A stretch of 61,473 bases of DNA. It comes from an uncultured Candidatus Saccharibacteria bacterium. Lineage in GTDB: Bacteria > Patescibacteriota > Saccharimonadia > Saccharimonadales > UBA10212. Shown piece by piece: positions 36,180 through 43,860 of this stretch. Made by a program: the position numbers and the translations under genes. A model generated the notes under the pieces. That model worked only from the letters and a program-made list of their open reading frames with translations, had not been told where the DNA came from and ran no database searches. The first letter of the stretch is position 1, and each line of letters starts with the position of its first letter. The stretch covers positions 1-61,473 of the forward strand of contig CAZPFQ010000001.1 of assembly GCA_964585885.1 (NCBI GenBank), in the 5' to 3' direction.

Positions 36180-37046
36180 CTAACGTGCTACAGTCCACTG
36201 GCCGCCGCCAAGCGGACGAATACTCCCCTTGAGCTCAAGAGCAGTTAGTGTACTGCTAAATTCACTCACCGTAAGACTAGAAGAGGCTGCCAACTCCTCC
36301 TGGGAGTTAATGCCATTTGCTATCAGCTCAATTATTTGTCTCTCTTCCGGGCTACCAGTGTTTAATGGAGCAGGATTGGTTTTTCCTTTGTCTAGCCCTA
36401 ACTCAAAGATGACATCATCAATTGTTGTCAGCGGTACGGCGCCGCTCTTGATTAGATTATTGCAGCCCTCACTTAAGCGGTTATTTATGTTTCCTGGCAC
36501 AGCCATTACCGTTTTACCCTGCTCCAGAGCGAAGCGAGCTGTATGGAGGCTGCCGCTATTGACTGCCGCCTCTGGGATGATTACGACATCTGCCAGAGCA
36601 CTAACCAACCGATTCCGGGCGATAAAGTTTTCTTTGTATATAGTGTCGGTGTCGCGATACTCGCTAAGTAGCAGTCCGCCGCCCTCAACTATCTTAGACG
36701 CGAGGGCGCCGTGCGCCGCCGGATATATCTTTGAAAGCGGTGATGGCAATACTGCTATAGTCTGGCCGCCGGCTTTTATCGCGGCTTGATGGGCACAAGC
36801 GTCTATGCCGTAAGCAAGCCCACTGATGATAACTACCCCTTCCTCGACCAACTGCGTAGTTATATCGTTTGTGACACTGCGGCCATAGGCAGTTGCCTTG
36901 CGGCTACCAACAATTGCTACTCGAGGCCGCTTCAGAAGATGGCTCAAATTTACACCGAGCGTAAATATTTGGACCGGCGGCCTTGCTATCTGGCCCAGGA
37001 GCTGTGGGAAATCTTGGTCTTTAAGCTTAAGTTCATTGACATTCAT
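36180..37046 (-). CDS. dprA: DNA-processing protein DprA
   Basis: VAIVGSRKATAYG...ISGLAYGIDACAHQAA...GSLHTARFALEQGKTVMAVPG is the DprA Rossmann-like core, with a C-terminal winged-helix-like tail. Confidence 0.9.
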   Translation of the reverse strand: MNVNELKLKDQDFPQLLGQIARPPVQIFTLGVNLSHLLKRPRVAIVGSRKATAYGRSVTNDITTQLVEEGVVIISGLAYGIDACAHQAAIKAGGQTIAVLPSPLSKIYPAAHGALASKIVEGGGLLLSEYRDTDTIYKENFIARNRLVSALADVVIIPEAAVNSGSLHTARFALEQGKTVMAVPGNINNRLSEGCNNLIKSGAVPLTTIDDVIFELGLDKGKTNPAPLNTGSPEERQIIELIANGINSQEELAASSSLTVSEFSSTLTALELKGSIRPLGGGQWTVAR

Positions 37047-37492
37047 ACAGCAATATTTTGAAGTATTGACACCAAACCATTTTTTTGCTAAAATTGCAAC
37101 CCGTAAGCGTTATTTACCGCTTATAGCACCTTATACCCCCAAGTTCTAACTTCGCTACTATTAGCGAAACGTTAGATTGTCCAAGATTCAGTGAGTTGTT
37201 ACCCTCCACTTACTGGGCTGTCCCATCCTTGTTTCTTAGTATATTAGCGGGCGCCGGCCTTAGGCAATTGCTTAAGCTAGGAATCAGCGACGGGATAGTC
37301 TTCTTGGGCAAACTAACCCCTTTAACTACACTCCCCGTTCAATGTGGGTAGGTATGCGTACTCACGTACGCGTTCTCGCCGGCTTGCCGGCGAGGCGGCA
37401 CTAGACTTTAGCTTTTTGCTGGTTTTTAGATCGCTTTGCCAACGGTGGGTTGAAGGGTGTATTTACGGGACGAGCAGGTCTCGCCCCCTGAA

Positions 37493-37532
37493 AGAGCTTC
37501 CAGCGGTGCCCACCCCCTCTGGAGGCTCTTTT
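37493..37532. terminator. hairpin with short T/A flanks downstream of pth (possible bidirectional terminator)
   Basis: AGAGCTTCCAG (37493..37503) pairs with CTGGAGGCTCT (37519..37529): 11 bp with one G-T pair and a 15-nt loop. It is followed by TTT on the plus strand, and by CTTTC on the minus strand about 30 nt after the pth stop. Confidence 0.35.
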
Positions 37533-37561
37533 AGTGCCATCGCCGATATTAAATTTATAAG

Positions 37562-38197
37562 CTAAAGAACGCTACGTGTATCTGCCGATAGTCCTGCGGA
37601 GAATACAAACTCGGTAATAAGAGAGTTAGTTTCGCGCAGAATTCTTGGCAATTTCTCCCGCTCCTGCTTTGTGAACTTAGCTAGTACGAATTTGGCGGGA
37701 CTGGCACCTTCTGAGTTAGGCGAGCCAACGCCGATACGCAAACGCCCGAAATCGTCACCAATGTGCTCGATAAGTGACTTTACTCCGTTGTGCCCTGCAT
37801 CTGAGCCTCCGGTCCTGCTTCTTATTTGTCCAAACGGCACAGCTAGTTCGTCATAGACAGCCAAAGTCTGAGGATTATAGACGCGGTTAAAGTGCTGAGT
37901 TGCCTGAGCCGCATTGCCGCTTAGGTTCATAAAAGTTGTTGGCTTGCATAGTACAACTCGTCTCCCACCTAGGGTATTCGCGCTAACATGGCACAATAAA
38001 TCTTTTTTCTGGCTCCACTTAGGAAAATCATTAGCAAGTGCAAAGTTATCTAAAGCCGCGAAGCCTATATTGTGGCGCGTGCCATCGTAGCTTTTGCCGG
38101 GGTTACCGAGCCCGATTATCAGAAATGTTCTGGTTGCACTGATAGTATAGAGTGGCTGAGCGTCGGCTATAAGCGGTTTTTTTTGGAATAGCGCCAT
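37562..38197 (-). CDS. pth: peptidyl-tRNA hydrolase
   Basis: LIIGLGNPGKSYDGTRHNIGF and GGSDAGHNGVKS are canonical Pth motifs. Confidence 0.93.
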   Translation of the reverse strand: MALFQKKPLIADAQPLYTISATRTFLIIGLGNPGKSYDGTRHNIGFAALDNFALANDFPKWSQKKDLLCHVSANTLGGRRVVLCKPTTFMNLSGNAAQATQHFNRVYNPQTLAVYDELAVPFGQIRSRTGGSDAGHNGVKSLIEHIGDDFGRLRIGVGSPNSEGASPAKFVLAKFTKQEREKLPRILRETNSLITEFVFSAGLSADTRSVL

Positions 38198-38212
38198 TTG
38201 TATATTCTATGC

Positions 38213-39523
38213 CTATTTTTTGTTAATAAACCAAAATTTTAAAGGTGTGCCGATTAGCGGCCATCTCTCGCGGAATTGACGCTCTAAATAGCGTCGGTAA
38301 CTGAAGTGAAGCAAATTGGTATAAGCGCCGAATATCTTGAAGCTTGGCATGTCAATATCTTCCTCCTGCACCATATAGTTGAGTCTCGGCTGACCACCGC
38401 GCTTCATTGGCGGTTCATGGCTATCAACGGCTTCCCTTAGCCACCGATTAAGCTCTGCCGTTTTAAATCTCTGCGACCTCGCATCAGAGATTTCAAGCAC
38501 CAAATCGAAAATTTTTGCGACGTTGTGCCCGGTTAAAGCGCTAGTAAAAATAAGCGGAGCCCACGGTGTGAATGGGAAAGCTGATTTAATGCGCGAGGAC
38601 ATGGATTCTCGGACTACTTCTTCGGGAGCAACATCCCATTTATTAACGACAATCACTAGACCCCTGCCGGCTTCCTTGATCATGCCAGCGATTTTTTGGT
38701 CTAGCTGGGTGGCGGGTTCACTGGCGTCGAGAATCAGAAGACTGATGTCCGATTCGTCAATTGCTCTTAGTGAGCGTAGGACACTAAATTTTTCTACGCC
38801 TGCAACAATTTTGCCGCTGCGCCTAATCCCCGCGGTGTCGGCCATTTCTATCCGTCGATTGTGATAAGTAATTGTCTGGCGGTTAACATCCCGGGTTGTG
38901 CCGGACGTCTCCGAGACTAGCGCCTGTTGTTTGGCCGCCAAGCAGTTAAACAGCGACGATTTACCGACATTCGGCCGGCCCAGTATACTTAAGGCTATCT
39001 TGCCATCGTCTGGGTCGATTCTAAATTTGGGTAAGCTAGACGACAACTCTTCCAGAAGTTCTGCGATACCGGTTCTCTGTGTCGAGCTCGTCGCCATAAT
39101 ATTTGCTATACCGAGCTTCTTCCAGTTGGCTAAATCCACACCTCGCCCCTGGTCAATCTTATTGACTACAAGCAGCACTGGTTTACGGCTTTTTAGTGCC
39201 ATAGTAGCGACTCGGCGGTCACCTTCGGTTACTTGCACACCGGCTTCTACGACGACGATGATAACATTCGCACTGGCACTGGCTTCAGCGATTTGCTCCT
39301 GAATACTGAGCTCGAAATCGTCCTCGGCGGTTTTAATACCGGCGGTATCGACTAACCAAAAGTCATGCTCATCAAAGCTTACTTTAGCGGTCACTTTATC
39401 TCGAGTGGTACCTGCCTCTTTGGCAACTATAGCTTCTCGCCTGCCGATGAGCGAATTAAATAGCGAAGACTTGCCGACGTTAGCCCTACCGACGATAGCA
39501 ACTATAGGAGCAGATTTACCCAT
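38213..39523 (-). CDS. der: ribosome-associated GTPase Der (EngA)
   Basis: Two tandem GTPase domains (GRANVGKSSLFN / DTAG / NKID and GRPNVGKSSLFN / DTAG / NKWD) plus a KH-like C-terminus. Start trimmed from 39565 to ATG 39523 (MGKSAPIVAIVG); the extension would run through a terminator hairpin. Confidence 0.93.
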   Translation of the reverse strand: MGKSAPIVAIVGRANVGKSSLFNSLIGRREAIVAKEAGTTRDKVTAKVSFDEHDFWLVDTAGIKTAEDDFELSIQEQIAEASASANVIIVVVEAGVQVTEGDRRVATMALKSRKPVLLVVNKIDQGRGVDLANWKKLGIANIMATSSTQRTGIAELLEELSSSLPKFRIDPDDGKIALSILGRPNVGKSSLFNCLAAKQQALVSETSGTTRDVNRQTITYHNRRIEMADTAGIRRSGKIVAGVEKFSVLRSLRAIDESDISLLILDASEPATQLDQKIAGMIKEAGRGLVIVVNKWDVAPEEVVRESMSSRIKSAFPFTPWAPLIFTSALTGHNVAKIFDLVLEISDARSQRFKTAELNRWLREAVDSHEPPMKRGGQPRLNYMVQEEDIDMPSFKIFGAYTNLLHFSYRRYLERQFRERWPLIGTPLKFWFINKK

Positions 39524-39552
39524 AACCCCTAAATTATAACTTGGGATAACCA

Positions 39553-39578
39553 AAACACCCCGCAAAAGCGGGGTGTTT
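39553..39578 (-). terminator. rho-independent-type terminator hairpin after the response-regulator gene
   Basis: An 11-bp perfect stem aaacaccccgc / gcggggtgttt with a 4-nt loop, flanked by A/T runs, about 30 nt after the stop at 39609. Confidence 0.55.
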
Positions 39579-39608
39579 CATGCTCAAGTATTATTTCTTG
39601 GCTATTTA

Positions 39609-40406
39609 CTATACGCCGGGAGCCGGGGGCATAGTTGTCCCCATATCAGGCTTAGGTTCCTCGGCCGGAGGTTGAGGTCCGGGTTCGGCTGGCGGAGTTG
39701 TTGGCATAGGATCCGGTTGCGGCATGCCTCCGTCGCTAGCTGGAGGCATCGAGCTGCCACCTGTCGTAGTCTCAGCTGGTGCTGAGGCTGCAAAGCTATT
39801 AACCTGGTCGTTTACTACGGTCTTTTCTTGGTCAGAGCTCATTTGGCCGCCCGCGGGTGCCGGCGCGCCGCTATCTCCACTTGGCATACTAGCACCACCT
39901 GAACCGTCGGTTGGGGGCATAGTTGGTGAATTTTTAGTGTCGTCTTGCATGGATTGCTCGCTTCCTTTCTTGTTACTTGACGTTATTTCCTCTTGTAGCT
40001 GAGCGTTCTGCGCCTCAGTTGGCGGTTTTGCCTGGCCGTCCGGCGGCATAACTTCGCGAACTGCGCGCACAAAATCTTCTAATGTTACTTGAGATTTCAC
40101 TAAGTATTTTACCACGCCCAATTTTTCTCCGCGAGCGCGGTCTTCGGCTTGGCCAAGGGCCGTCATAAGTACCACTTTAGTGTCGGCCATGCCCGGTGAA
40201 GAACGCATAGTCTCCAGCATCTCAAAGCCGGAGAGCTTGGGCATCATAACATCGGCAATTATTAGACTGGGCTTCTCTTTGGTAGCTACTACTAATGCCT
40301 CTTCGCCGTCACCGGCAGTCACTGTATCGTACCCTTCAGCCAACAGTCGCATTTCGAATATCTCTCGAAGGTTATTGTCGTCTTCAACTAATAGTACTTT
40401 AGCCAT
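39609..40406 (-). CDS. response regulator: receiver domain plus ~140-aa P/G/S/T/M-rich low-complexity tail, no recognisable output domain
   Basis: MAKVLLVEDDNNLREIF...LIIADVMMPKLSGFEMLE...VVLMTALG...KYLVKS is a canonical receiver. The tail has recurring MPP/MPxxD elements (TMPPTDGSGGASMPSGD, SSMPPASDGGMPQPDPMPTTPP, TTMPPAPGV). Confidence 0.8.
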   Translation of the reverse strand: MAKVLLVEDDNNLREIFEMRLLAEGYDTVTAGDGEEALVVATKEKPSLIIADVMMPKLSGFEMLETMRSSPGMADTKVVLMTALGQAEDRARGEKLGVVKYLVKSQVTLEDFVRAVREVMPPDGQAKPPTEAQNAQLQEEITSSNKKGSEQSMQDDTKNSPTMPPTDGSGGASMPSGDSGAPAPAGGQMSSDQEKTVVNDQVNSFAASAPAETTTGGSSMPPASDGGMPQPDPMPTTPPAEPGPQPPAEEPKPDMGTTMPPAPGV

Positions 40407-40449
40407 ATATATCTATCGTGCTTACGTTCTTATCATTGTAACAAAAACC

Positions 40450-41652
40450 TTAAGTGTTACCCAATGGACTTAGCGGGGCGGACTCAGACTTTTGCATCTC
40501 TAGTGCTTGAGCCGACGATAGCCGTGGTAAGTTGATAAAAAAGGTACTGCCATTATTGGCTTGGCTTTCTACCCAGATGCGGCCATTGTACATCTCCACC
40601 ACCTTTTTACTTATAAACAGGCCCAGGCCGGTGCCGCCAATTGTTCGCGTCATGGAGTTATCAACCCGGTAGAATTTTTGAAACAGGTGGGGTATGTCTT
40701 CCTCGGGCACGCCCATACCGGTGTCGCGTACCTGTACCTGTACTATCGATGTATCACCCGTCAATACCAACGTTACGCTGCCCTCCATGGTGTACTTAAT
40801 TGCATTATCAACCAGATTTTGCAGCACCTCGCGGATACGGTTAGGATCTACGTGTATGTAAAACAGCGGCCGGACTACATTATGGGCCGCTCCTGACGCT
40901 TCGTTGGCGTTTACCACAAACTTCAGCTCTAGGCCTTTATTCTGGGCACTGAAGCGCGATGCATCGGTTATCTCTTCGAGCACCTCTCCGAGCTCGATTA
41001 CTTTGGGGAAGCTAGTCAAACGGCCGTCCTCGGCCCGAGAACTGGTCAAGAGATCGGCGAACAGTTCGCTGAGGTGTTTTGTCGCCATATGAGCTTTTTG
41101 CAACAAATTGCGCGTTCGCTCATCAATTTTCGCTACTCTCGGGTTTAGAGCTAGAGACAAATAACCCTCAATTGCGGCTATGGGAGTGCGCATCTCGTGG
41201 CTGGCGGTACTAATAAATTCCGAACGGCGGTTTTCCTCTAATTTTTCAGAGGTGATATCGCGAAAGACGCCAATGACTCCTGTAGCCATACTGTTAATGT
41301 CTTCAACTACTGGTGAGACAATCAGTGAAATGGGCACGAGCTTTCCAGCCTTGGTACTCAACAAGCCCTTGCTGTCTCTAATGGTCGAGTGTGTAAGTAG
41401 TGCTTGCGTGAAGGGGTGGCGATCAGGTGAATAGGCGTGCCCGCGTTCGTCCGAAATAGTAATTACGCTGCGATAATCCAAACCTACGGCTTCCTCAGCC
41501 GTCCAACCGCTTATCGAGCTGGCGGCCGGGCTAAACGTATGTATAGTATTGTCCTGGCTTACTACCACTACACCGTCGACTATGGCGCTAAGAAGGAACT
41601 CGGTGTTTAGTTCCTGACCCTTGCCCGATTTGCGTTTACCGCCGAAAAGCAA
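40450..41652 (-). CDS. cytoplasmic PAS-domain sensor histidine kinase
   Basis: No TM segment. PAS-like N-terminus, H-box FISTASHEMRTPIAAIEGY, N-box LQNLVDNAIKYT, G1 VRDTGMGVP and G2 GGTGLGLFISK. Confidence 0.9.
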   Translation of the reverse strand: MLFGGKRKSGKGQELNTEFLLSAIVDGVVVVSQDNTIHTFSPAASSISGWTAEEAVGLDYRSVITISDERGHAYSPDRHPFTQALLTHSTIRDSKGLLSTKAGKLVPISLIVSPVVEDINSMATGVIGVFRDITSEKLEENRRSEFISTASHEMRTPIAAIEGYLSLALNPRVAKIDERTRNLLQKAHMATKHLSELFADLLTSSRAEDGRLTSFPKVIELGEVLEEITDASRFSAQNKGLELKFVVNANEASGAAHNVVRPLFYIHVDPNRIREVLQNLVDNAIKYTMEGSVTLVLTGDTSIVQVQVRDTGMGVPEEDIPHLFQKFYRVDNSMTRTIGGTGLGLFISKKVVEMYNGRIWVESQANNGSTFFINLPRLSSAQALEMQKSESAPLSPLGNT

Positions 41653-41771
41653 AGCTAGCGAGCCCTCCGCCGGCTGCCGTTATATGATTTGTGTTTTTGC
41701 TTGCCCACCTATGACTTCTTATTTACCTGCTTATGTTTACCATTACATTATCTGTTTTAAATGTAGAAAAT

Positions 41772-43040
41772 TCAATCCGCCCGGTTGCACAGCAGTTCGA
41801 AATAGCGCGTACTGCCAAAGGGAATCTTCTGCTTAACGATTGCTTTGGCCGCTAAGCTACTGGCGTAGGTTACCGTGAATTCGCCAAATTGGTGGTTGAT
41901 TTCGTCCACGGCCTGGGTCAACCAAACCTCCCTGTTGACGTCTTCCAGGAGGCTTATCTGGCTAGTGTTTGAGGGCTCCAAGCCGTAGCATGACACGGCT
42001 ATCATCCTGACCCAATCGTCGCGCGGCCGGCGGTTAAATAACAGGGTCGCTCGCCGGTGTACCTCAGCGTTTGAAAAAAAGCTGCTCTTAAACATCCGTC
42101 GCTCATTCCAGGAGTCGCCGCCGGCGTACATAAGATAAACAGCCACGCCTCTAGCGCACAAGCCCTTGTAGCGTAGCTTTACAGCTGTGGTTTCGCAAAG
42201 ATAGGCCAGCCTGGAGCGTAGTAGCTCGTCTGATGGCCGCATCTCGTCTAACACGTACTGCCGGCCAACGGTTTTGGTAGCCCACTGGTGGTTGTCGACT
42301 TCATGGCCGCGCAGCCGTTGGTACCAATCGTCACCGGCGATACTTTTAAATACCTGACGCTTGAGTAGCTCTGAAGGCGCGTCCAAAAATTCCAGCGGCG
42401 TGTAAATGCCGCAGGCATTGAGACGTGCCTGATTACGCTCAGCTATGCCGGACAGATCTGTAAGCTGTAATCCGGACAGCACTTCTCGAAGGTTTTTATG
42501 GGTAATAACGTCCAGGCCATCGGGTTTATGCAATGAGGCCGCCTGTTTGGCTAAAAAGCGATTGGGAGCAATGCCGATGTTGCAGCTCATCCACTCGCCC
42601 ACCTCGGTTCTTAGGCGGCGTTTTATCTCGTGGCCGATGACCGTCAGGGGGCGCCGATTGAGCGTTTCGCGAGTACCACCAAAGTCGATAATGCCTTCGT
42701 CGATACTCTTCATGCTAATGGCCGGTGAATACGAGCGCATGATATCCACCAGTAGCTGGTAAACGTGGTGATATTTGGGCGGGTCGGTCTCGACCAAAAT
42801 CAAGTCCGGCGCATGTAGCTTAGCTTCAGAGAAGCTCATGCCGACCTTAACACCCAGGGCTTTGGCCTCAATACTGGGGGCCACTACGCAGGCGTTGGGC
42901 GTCTTACGATTTGTGACGCCTATAGGCTTGCCGCGTAGCAGCGGCCTAGCCTGCTGTTCTACGGTGGCAAAACAGGAGTTTAGGTCGATGTGGAGTATCT
43001 GCGGCGCTTCTTTATTGAGTTGCAGGTGTAAGTTGGGCAT
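41772..43040 (-). CDS. Y-family DNA polymerase (UmuC/DinB-like, catalytic residues present)
   Basis: ILHIDLNSCFATVEQ matches the DxNxF(Y)AxxE motif and MKSIDEGIID matches SIDE. 422 aa. Confidence 0.85.
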   Translation of the reverse strand: MPNLHLQLNKEAPQILHIDLNSCFATVEQQARPLLRGKPIGVTNRKTPNACVVAPSIEAKALGVKVGMSFSEAKLHAPDLILVETDPPKYHHVYQLLVDIMRSYSPAISMKSIDEGIIDFGGTRETLNRRPLTVIGHEIKRRLRTEVGEWMSCNIGIAPNRFLAKQAASLHKPDGLDVITHKNLREVLSGLQLTDLSGIAERNQARLNACGIYTPLEFLDAPSELLKRQVFKSIAGDDWYQRLRGHEVDNHQWATKTVGRQYVLDEMRPSDELLRSRLAYLCETTAVKLRYKGLCARGVAVYLMYAGGDSWNERRMFKSSFFSNAEVHRRATLLFNRRPRDDWVRMIAVSCYGLEPSNTSQISLLEDVNREVWLTQAVDEINHQFGEFTVTYASSLAAKAIVKQKIPFGSTRYFELLCNRAD

Positions 43041-43329
43041 AGCTGGCGCCTTGAGACAGATTACTGGTATCGGCTATAGATACCAGCGTCCAGGTAAGAG
43101 CCGCGGCGTCAAACTCTAGCCGGTAGTCGGCATTGCCATCGGTCATGTCAAAGACGTGTATCATTCGCTGTCCTTTTTTGGTTGGGTGTCGCAGGCCTGT
43201 CTGGCTGAACTCGATGACTTTGCCTCGGTACTCCATCCTTTTAGGAAAGCACTTTAATCGCCTGAGCCCGCTTTTAAAGTAATAGGCTACGATACTGACC
43301 TCTTTGTTGATTGTTACTGAATTTTCCAT
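43012..43329 (-). CDS. small hypothetical protein translationally coupled to the Y-family polymerase (possible YolD-like accessory factor)
   Basis: 105-aa ORF with a GGAGG RBS (gcgggaggaattaaaaaATG). Its last 29 nt overlap the polymerase start. No S24 peptidase (UmuD/LexA) motif. Confidence 0.5.
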   Translation of the reverse strand: MENSVTINKEVSIVAYYFKSGLRRLKCFPKRMEYRGKVIEFSQTGLRHPTKKGQRMIHVFDMTDGNADYRLEFDAAALTWTLVSIADTSNLSQGASYAQLTPATQ

Positions 43330-43774
43330 TTTTTAATTCCTCCCGCTGAATTTTCAAGTTAATTAAAAGAGAGCCGATTCATCTGTAGCTCAGATGTCAG
43401 CAGACGGATTTTACGCCCCGCTACCGGTTGAGATTGGTGACCGTCTATCACTTTTCCGTGACCGGGAGCTAGATATGTTTTGGGTTCGGCAGGGACCGGA
43501 GTTTACCGCCCGAAGATTAGTCTGTGAGGAGGAATCTTAGCGAAGCCCTCACATGGCTAACTCAATTTTACGCCAAGTCGCTTGAGCTTGGCAACAAAAT
43601 TATAAAAATGGTGATCCCGAGGGGAGTCGAGTCATTCTGCGCCTGCGGCAAAATTATTACATAATTGCGCAAGGCGACCAAGCAAGGAAAACTCAAGCAG
43701 CCACTGGTTGCTCTCGCCCCTGTTACTTAAGTATTTTGTATGCTATCATTTTTCAGCGATAAAACACCTGACGG

Positions 43775-43849
43775 GGCCTCATCGTCTAGCGGCTAGGACA
43801 CCGGGTTCTCATCCCGGCAACCGGGGTTCGATTCCCCGTGAGGTCACCA
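43775..43849 (+). tRNA. tRNA-Glu (anticodon CTC), CCA encoded
   Basis: Cloverleaf read by hand: acceptor GGCCTCA/TGAGGTC (one G-T), D stem GTC/GAC, anticodon stem CCGGG/CCCGG with loop TTCTCAT, T arm CGGGG-TTCGATT-CCCCG, discriminator A and CCA. 75 nt. Confidence 0.93.
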
Positions 43850-43860
43850 GGTGTTTTTTA

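Noticed and set aside
37047-37561. tmRNA, RNase P RNA or SRP RNA in the pth-dprA spacer. This includes a possible P4-like pairing between AAAGTCTAG and CTAGCTT on the minus strand and a short alanine-ending reading frame.
   Set aside because: There is no tRNA-like T-arm or acceptor pairing and no GGAAAGUCC. The two P4-like strands are only about 150 nt apart and rest on a CTAG palindrome. There is no GGAA-capped SRP domain IV and no convincing tag peptide. The region is kept only as an unclassified structured region.
37344-37565. 73-aa ORF (MGRYAYSRTRSRRLAGEAALDF...) in the pth-dprA spacer.
   Set aside because: It is Arg/Ser/Leu-rich low complexity with a GTG start and no RBS. It runs through several hairpins and into the pth stop region, so it is probably non-coding.
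43330-43774. RNase P RNA on the minus strand, suggested by the words GGTAAACTCC and AGATGAAT...CGGCT that resemble E. coli M1 RNA.
   Set aside because: The universally conserved CR-I (GGAAAGUCC) and a matching P4 partner are absent, and I could not build P1-P5. The short word matches could be chance.
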